From: Prolixibacteraceae bacterium
Lineage (GTDB): Bacteria; Bacteroidota; Bacteroidia; Bacteroidales; Prolixibacteraceae
NCBI GenBank assembly: GCA_003537645.1
Contig: DPRM01000087.1
Coordinates: 36,592-100,591, forward strand
DNA: 64,000 nucleotides
Direction: 5' to 3'
The notes under the pieces were generated by a model that was given only the letters and a program-made list of their open reading frames with translations, was not told where the DNA came from and did not search any database. Within the stretch, counting starts at the first letter, position 1. The number at the start of each line of letters is the position of its first letter. Made by a program: the position numbers and the translations under genes. Below, piece by piece: positions 58,051 to 64,000 of this stretch.

Positions 58051-60027
58051 ATGAAAATCCGGAGCATCAGATATTGGAGGACGAAAGTCGCAGGTTCACT
58101 GGTTGTTTTCCTGTGTTTGGTGCAGAATGTCTTTGCACAGTCGCCAACAACTGATGTTCCGGCTTTAATTCCAATGCCGCAAAAAGTTGCCTGGAACAAG
58201 CAAAATTTTAGAATCGAAGGAGACAAAGCTCGCATAATTCAGCGAATTGTAACTAATCTCCCTGAAGTTTCAATCAATCATGATGAAGCATATATCCTGA
58301 AAGTTAACGCAGATTCGGTAATACTTCAGGCTAAAACCCCAAAGGGACTTTTTCGCGGGCAACAGACCATCAAACAATTAACTTTTAATGAAGGCGGGAA
58401 GCAGTTGGTTGCTGGTTGCACGATAACTGATTGGCCGGCTTTTCAGATTCGCGGATTTATGCAGGATGTTGGCCGCAATTTTATGTCGCTACCGATGCTG
58501 AAAGAACAAATTGATGTGATGGCAGCGTACAAATTCAATACGTTTCATTTTCATGTCACTGACAATCCCGGATGGCGGTTGGAAAGTAAAAAATACCCGC
58601 AACTTAGTTCTGCCTCTTCGATGAGCCGTCAACCCGGAAAATATTATTCGCAGGAGGATTTTTTAGAATTGGTGAATTATTGCAACGAACGTTTTATTAC
58701 ACTCATTCCTGAATTTGATATTCCCGGCCACTGCGAAGCTTTTCGAAAAGCTTTTGCGCTCGATTCGATGAGCGACCCCCGGGTGCAACCGATTTTGCTT
58801 GATTTGATTGACGAATTGTGCGCCCTTGTTCCGGCTGAAAAAATGCCCTATATCCATTTGGGGACCGACGAAGTTTGGCACTCCTACGAGCGCCCGGCAG
58901 CTGGTTTGCTCGATGCAGCGGTTGCCCGTGTGAAGAAAAATGGCCGCGAAGTGATTGTCTGGCGTCCGGGACAGCAAATTGATTCGGACAAAACATCCAT
59001 CACCCAACTTTGGTCGTCGAACGGAAAACCGAAAGAGGGGCACCGGTATATTGATTCGCGCCTGAATTACCTGAATCATCTCGATCCGCTGGCGGGAATT
59101 GTCCAACTTTATTTCGACCGGATTTGCGGTGTTGCTCAAGGCGATTCTTTGCGTTTAGGCGGAGTTCTTTGCTGCTGGAACGACAACAATGTTTCTGATG
59201 AATACGATATCATTCGTCAAAATCCGGTTTATCCCGGAATGCTGACTTACGCTGAAACTTCGTGGAAAGGGCAGAAAGTTGATTTTGGCGAGAATTACCT
59301 CGCAAAACTTCCTACTCCTGAAAATCAATTGTACAAAGAGTTTCAGGAATTCGAAGCCAGGTTGGTTCGCCACCGTGATCTTTATTTTCAGGAAAAGCCC
59401 TTCCCATATTTGAAACAGTCTCATATCGAATGGAAAATAATTGGTCCGTTTGATAATGGAGGAGATTTGAACCGCTCGTTTCCAGTAGAAAATAGTGTTC
59501 AGGAAAACTATACAGTTGACGCGAAAAATTATGCCTGGACCGGACCGTATTTCGGTGGAACCATCCACATCCGGCATTTCTTCGGATTTCCGTCATGGTT
59601 TCCCGAAAAGCAGGGGACGGTTTTCGCATCAACCAATATTTGGTCGCCAAAAGATCAGGAAGTAGGCTGCTGGATTGGCTTTCACGATTGGTCACGTTCG
59701 GGTGGCCGGAGAGGTGGTCCTTTTCCGCAGCAGGGACAGTGGCACAATACCAGCCCAAAGGTTTGGCTGAACCGCAAATTGATTGAACCGCCGGTTTGGA
59801 AAAATTCCGGATTGGTTGAGAAAACAGAGGAAATACCATTTGTTGATGAAAATTATTTCTTCCGCAAACCTGCAACAATAACCCTGAAAAAGGGCTGGAA
59901 CGAAGTGGTGTTGAAAGTGCCACACGGCGGAACTTCATGGAAATGGATGTTCACATTTATTCCGGTTAAAATTGAGAATGGACAGGTTAAAGAAGTTGAC
60001 GAACTCAAATTTTCGGTTGATAAGTAA
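58051..60027 (+). CDS. GH20 beta-N-acetylhexosaminidase
   Basis: RGFMQDVGRNF, HFHVTD..GWR, PEFDIPGH, catalytic HLGTDE. Confidence 0.92.
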   Translation: MKIRSIRYWRTKVAGSLVVFLCLVQNVFAQSPTTDVPALIPMPQKVAWNKQNFRIEGDKARIIQRIVTNLPEVSINHDEAYILKVNADSVILQAKTPKGLFRGQQTIKQLTFNEGGKQLVAGCTITDWPAFQIRGFMQDVGRNFMSLPMLKEQIDVMAAYKFNTFHFHVTDNPGWRLESKKYPQLSSASSMSRQPGKYYSQEDFLELVNYCNERFITLIPEFDIPGHCEAFRKAFALDSMSDPRVQPILLDLIDELCALVPAEKMPYIHLGTDEVWHSYERPAAGLLDAAVARVKKNGREVIVWRPGQQIDSDKTSITQLWSSNGKPKEGHRYIDSRLNYLNHLDPLAGIVQLYFDRICGVAQGDSLRLGGVLCCWNDNNVSDEYDIIRQNPVYPGMLTYAETSWKGQKVDFGENYLAKLPTPENQLYKEFQEFEARLVRHRDLYFQEKPFPYLKQSHIEWKIIGPFDNGGDLNRSFPVENSVQENYTVDAKNYAWTGPYFGGTIHIRHFFGFPSWFPEKQGTVFASTNIWSPKDQEVGCWIGFHDWSRSGGRRGGPFPQQGQWHNTSPKVWLNRKLIEPPVWKNSGLVEKTEEIPFVDENYFFRKPATITLKKGWNEVVLKVPHGGTSWKWMFTFIPVKIENGQVKEVDELKFSVDK

Positions 60028-60038
60028 TTGAATTTAAG

Positions 60039-62135
60039 ATGAAACACAGGCTTTTGATACAGGTTTTGCTGATCGCGTTTTTTGTGAACGGATCGTTTGC
60101 CGGGTTTGGCCAGACTGATGTCAGGAAAACCAGGATTGCCTGTATTGGGAATTCGGTAACTTATGGTTTTGGACTGAACGACAGGGAAACCGAAAGCTAT
60201 CCGGCACAGCTTCAGCAATTACTGGGATCGACTTATGAAGTTGGAAATTTTGGCCTTAACGGAGCAACTCTTTTGAGTAAAGGGCATCGCCCATACGTGC
60301 TGACCGACCAATATAAACTGGCGCTGGCTTTTAATCCGGATGTGGTCTTGATCGATCTTGGGCTGAATGACACCGATCCGCGTAACTGGCCCAATTATCG
60401 CGATGAATTTATGTCTGATTACCTGCGACTAATTCGTTCGTTTCGATCGGAAAACGGGAATGCCCCGAAAATTTTTATTTGCCGGATGACACCGATTTTT
60501 AATTGGCATCCGAGATTTAAATCGGGAACCCGCGACTGGTTCTGGCAGATTCAGCAAGAGATTGAACAGGTCGCGAAAGCGGCAAACGTCAGTTTGATCG
60601 ATTTACATACGCCGCTCTATTCTCATCCCGATCTTTTCAAAGATGCGCTTCATCCTGATCAAGCGGGTGCAGCAATCATTGCGAAAACGGTTTTTCAGCA
60701 TATTACCGGGAATTTTGGTGGCTTAAAACTGGCTCCGGTTTTTATGAACCACATGGTTTTTCAGCAAAAAGCGAATATTCGGGTTTGGGGAAAAGCAGAT
60801 TCAGGAACCGAAGTTGTTGGCTTATTTGACAAGCAAACCGAAAAATGTATTGCCAACGAATCCGGGGAATGGACGCTGAATTTTAATCCCGCTCCGGCAG
60901 GAGGTCCATATACACTTAAAATTTCTGCCGGAAACCAGCAACCTATTGTTCTTGACGATATTTTGGTCGGAGAGTTGTGGATTTGCGCCGGGCAATCGAA
61001 CATGGAATTTCCCCTGAAAGATGCGGCCAATTCAGGCATTGATATTTCAGAATCAGAGAATTCCAATATTCGTTTATTCAACCTGAAAGGTATTGTTAGG
61101 CCCGATGACTCTAAATGGGAACCGTCGATGCTTGAAAAAATAAATGACCTTGAATATCTGGAAGGTACCTGGAAATCATCTAATACTGAAAATGTTACTG
61201 ATTTTTCGGCCATTGGGTATTACTTCGGAAAAATGCTGAACGAAAACCTGAAGGTTCCGGTAGGATTAATTCAGGTTAGTGTTGGAGGTGCCCCGATTGA
61301 AGCTTTTATCGACCGGAAAACACTGGAGTTTAATCCCCGCATGGTTGATGTGCTTTACAAATGGAAGCAAAATGATTTTATCATGGATTGGTGCCGTCAA
61401 CGGGCAACGCTTAATCTGGCACTGGCTAAAAATGATTTGCAGCGTCATCCTTTTGAACCGGCATACATTTATGAAGCAGGTATTCAGCAGTTGGCAGGAT
61501 TGGCTATGAGCGGAGTAATCTGGTATCAGGGTGAATCGAATGCCCATAATGCCGAACATTATGCGGCTGCTTTCCCGGCATTGGTACAGTCGTGGCGAAA
61601 AGCTTTTGGCAATGCAGAAATGCCGTTTTATTTCGCCCAATTGTCAAGTCTGAACCGCCCGTCGTGGCCGCACTTTCGCGATGTTCAGCGGCAGTTGAGC
61701 CATTCTGTTCCTCATTCAGGAATGGTTGTTACCAGCGATTTGGGCGATTCGCTCGATGTTCACCCCAAACGGAAACGGGAAGTTGGCGAACGCTTTGCCC
61801 GACTGGCTCTGAAAGACGTTTACCAGCAAAAGCTGGAATGTTTCGGTCCCGAAGTTCGGGGATTCATTCAGGAAGGAAAGCAAATCAGAATTCAGTTTGA
61901 TCATGCTGCTCATTTGAAAACTTCAGATTCTACGGATGCGCGCGAATTCGAAATTGCCGGTTCTGATGGTCTTTTCATGCCGGTGAAAGCAGTGGTTAAA
62001 GGAAATGAGATTCACATTCACACTGAAATTAAGGAAGTACAAAAAATAAGATATGGCTGGAAGCCGTTTTCACGGGCGAATCTGGTGAATGAAGCCGGAC
62101 TGCCAGTATCGACATTTGAAATAGAAATTCATTAA
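60039..62135 (+). CDS. Sialate O-acetylesterase (N-terminal SGNH/GDSL domain + SASA domain)
   Basis: GNSVT..G..LGLND..D.LHP, then GQSNME, WYQGESN, VHPKRK. Confidence 0.88.
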   Translation: MKHRLLIQVLLIAFFVNGSFAGFGQTDVRKTRIACIGNSVTYGFGLNDRETESYPAQLQQLLGSTYEVGNFGLNGATLLSKGHRPYVLTDQYKLALAFNPDVVLIDLGLNDTDPRNWPNYRDEFMSDYLRLIRSFRSENGNAPKIFICRMTPIFNWHPRFKSGTRDWFWQIQQEIEQVAKAANVSLIDLHTPLYSHPDLFKDALHPDQAGAAIIAKTVFQHITGNFGGLKLAPVFMNHMVFQQKANIRVWGKADSGTEVVGLFDKQTEKCIANESGEWTLNFNPAPAGGPYTLKISAGNQQPIVLDDILVGELWICAGQSNMEFPLKDAANSGIDISESENSNIRLFNLKGIVRPDDSKWEPSMLEKINDLEYLEGTWKSSNTENVTDFSAIGYYFGKMLNENLKVPVGLIQVSVGGAPIEAFIDRKTLEFNPRMVDVLYKWKQNDFIMDWCRQRATLNLALAKNDLQRHPFEPAYIYEAGIQQLAGLAMSGVIWYQGESNAHNAEHYAAAFPALVQSWRKAFGNAEMPFYFAQLSSLNRPSWPHFRDVQRQLSHSVPHSGMVVTSDLGDSLDVHPKRKREVGERFARLALKDVYQQKLECFGPEVRGFIQEGKQIRIQFDHAAHLKTSDSTDAREFEIAGSDGLFMPVKAVVKGNEIHIHTEIKEVQKIRYGWKPFSRANLVNEAGLPVSTFEIEIH

Positions 62136-62155
62136 AAAATTTAAATAGGTTTATT

Positions 62156-63073
62156 ATGGAAAAGTTTGAAGGTTTAATCGCAGCACCTTTTACTCCAATG
62201 GATTCAAAAGGTGAAATTTTATACGATCAGATTAGTGTTTATTACGATTTTCTGGGAAAGAACAAGATCGTTGGAGCTTTCATCAACGGCTCGACCGGCG
62301 AAGGTGTTTCTCTGACGCAAAAGGAAAAAATGAAAACGGTTGAAGCATGGACTGCCAAATCAAAAGAGAAGAAAACAGTAAAAATAATCAGCCTTGTTGG
62401 CGGAACTTCTTACAAGGAATGTATTGAAAACGCGCAACATTCAGCCGAAAACGGAATTGATGCCATTGCCTTGCTTGCACCCTACTATTTTAAACCTGCC
62501 GGGGCAAAACAACTGGCCGAATTTTGCGCGCTGGTGGCCGAAGCTGTTCCGCAAACACCGGTTTATTTTTACCACATTCCGGTTTTGAGCGGTTGTTATG
62601 TGAACATGATCGATTTTCTGCAGGAAGCTGCGCCGATTATTCCCAATCTGGTAGGAATCAAATACACGCACGAAGATTTTATGGATTTCCTATCTTGCAT
62701 CCACTTTATGGACGGCAAGTTCGACATGATGTGGGGCCGCGACGAAAATATGCTTTCGGCACTGGCTCTTGGATCTCGCAGTGCGGTTGGAAGTACCTTT
62801 AATTACGCTGCTCCGCTTTATTACCAAATGATTGACGCTTTCGACAATAACGATTTACCAAAAGCCCGAAAACTTCAGCAAATGTCGATCGACATGATCA
62901 GGTTGCTTGGAAAATATGGCGGCATCGCAACCGGAAAAGCCTACATGAAATATGTTGGTCTCGATATGGGACAATTCCGTTTGCCGGTTAAAAATACCTG
63001 GGTCGAAAACTATGAAAATTTCACCAATGATGTCAATTCGCTCAACATGCAGGAGTTTTTCTCGAAATTATAG
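62156..63073 (+). CDS. nanA: N-acetylneuraminate lyase (DHDPS family)
   Basis: GSTGEG, YHIP, GIKYT, GRDE, VGSTFN. Sialic-acid PUL context. Confidence 0.88.
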   Translation: MEKFEGLIAAPFTPMDSKGEILYDQISVYYDFLGKNKIVGAFINGSTGEGVSLTQKEKMKTVEAWTAKSKEKKTVKIISLVGGTSYKECIENAQHSAENGIDAIALLAPYYFKPAGAKQLAEFCALVAEAVPQTPVYFYHIPVLSGCYVNMIDFLQEAAPIIPNLVGIKYTHEDFMDFLSCIHFMDGKFDMMWGRDENMLSALALGSRSAVGSTFNYAAPLYYQMIDAFDNNDLPKARKLQQMSIDMIRLLGKYGGIATGKAYMKYVGLDMGQFRLPVKNTWVENYENFTNDVNSLNMQEFFSKL

Positions 63074-64000
63074 ACTACTGATTATTCTTTTTACAATGGC
63101 ACATTTAATTGGAAGCTCCTGTTCTCCAGCGGGAAACGAAAAGTTGGTTTTAAACTGGCATAAATTTCCTGAAATTCCTCCGGCATCGGGTGAATCGGTT
63201 CAACCCGGGCTGGCCGGACCGGTTACCGGAGCGCATGGCAATTTTGTGTTGGTTGCCGGTGGCGCCAATTTCGAAGACGGTTTGCCGTGGCGTGGTGGCA
63301 AAAAGAAATACCACGACGAAATTTTTCTGCTCGAAAAAACAGCTTCAGGAAATTATTCATGGAAACAGGTTATTGAAAAATTGCCTTACCCGCTGGCTTA
63401 TCCGGCTTGTGTATCAACTCCGGAAGGTGTTGTGAGCATTGGCGGAGAAGATTTCGATAGCCCGGTTGCAGATGTTTTCCTGTTTTCATTTCTGGATGGA
63501 AAAGTTAACCGGACGAATTTGCCAGAACTTCCGCAGGCGATTTCATCAGCCGGTGCAGCAGCTATCGGAAATGAACTGTTTGTAGCCGGTGGATTGGTTG
63601 CTTCGGGCGCTAGTTCTGCATTCTATTCGCTCGACATGAAAAATACAGCCAACGGTTGGCAGGTTTTGCCTGAAGTTCCTGTCGCATTTTCTCACGCGGT
63701 GGTGGTCAGTCAGAAGGATGAAAACGAAACCTGCATATACTTGATTGGTGGCCGGAACAAAACTTCCGAAGTTTCCACTTTTTTGAGCAGTGTTTGGAAA
63801 TACACGCCTTCCATCCAGAAATGGAGCCTTGAAGGTGAAATTATTTCAGACGGAAAGCCGCTCGCACTTTCTGCCGGAACAGGAATCGCAGTAGGTTCAA
63901 ATCACATCGTAATGTTTGGTGGCGATCCGGGTATTTTCTTCAACCGGACGGAACGCATGAATGCCGCCCTCGAGAAAGTTTCAGGAGAAGAAAAGCAAAA
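63027..64000 (+). CDS. Kelch-repeat cyclically-permuted mutarotase (NanM-like) lipoprotein, 3'-truncated
   Basis: Not in the ORF track because it has no stop in the window. Manual translation gives ..LLIILFTMAHLIGSSC..GLAG..VAGGANF..PWRGGKKKYHD..IGG..VAGG. Start uncertain (63012/63027/63030/63096). Confidence 0.8.
   Translation, partial: MMSIRSTCRSFSRNYRLLIILFTMAHLIGSSCSPAGNEKLVLNWHKFPEIPPASGESVQPGLAGPVTGAHGNFVLVAGGANFEDGLPWRGGKKKYHDEIFLLEKTASGNYSWKQVIEKLPYPLAYPACVSTPEGVVSIGGEDFDSPVADVFLFSFLDGKVNRTNLPELPQAISSAGAAAIGNELFVAGGLVASGASSAFYSLDMKNTANGWQVLPEVPVAFSHAVVVSQKDENETCIYLIGGRNKTSEVSTFLSSVWKYTPSIQKWSLEGEIISDGKPLALSAGTGIAVGSNHIVMFGGDPGIFFNRTERMNAALEKVSGEEKQ

Noticed and set aside
17-62802. 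Numerous short antisense or alternate-frame ORFs, and extended starts (39567, 39892, 40526, 47463, 50858)
   Set aside because: They overlap well-supported genes and carry no motifs. Downstream ATGs give proper signal peptides or family N-termini.
63190-63435. 81-aa ORF from the track
   Set aside because: Off-frame shadow of the NanM-like gene.

Overview
Chromosomal window from a Bacteroidota bacterium. The phylum call rests on a SusC/SusD pair, a T9SS C-terminal signal and TAnnTTTG -7 promoter boxes. A Prolixibacteraceae/Marinilabiliales-like origin is my inference. Left part: a 5'-truncated CotH/lamin-tail T9SS cargo protein and housekeeping genes (rlmH, two rhomboids, mutL, comM/yifB). Next is a small accessory patch (hipB-hipA, ORF6N), then a tRNA-A37 modification cluster (trmN6, flavodoxin, FNR, miaB, mtaB). 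The most notable feature is a co-directional 9-gene block (26.9-38.2 kb). It joins the leucine/isovalerate genes that make HMG-CoA (liuB-liuC-liuD plus acyl-CoA dehydrogenase, no HMG-CoA lyase) to a lower mevalonate pathway (IDI-2, HMG-CoA reductase, three GHMP-family enzymes, no HMG-CoA synthase or thiolase). This suggests a leucine-fed isoprenoid route. Right part: dapL, TonB/outer-membrane genes, an APC permease and a GntR-controlled sialic-acid utilisation locus running off the right edge. Intergenic regions carry several REP-like palindrome families and heptamer microsatellites. I saw no rRNA, tRNA, CRISPR array, integrase or transposase.
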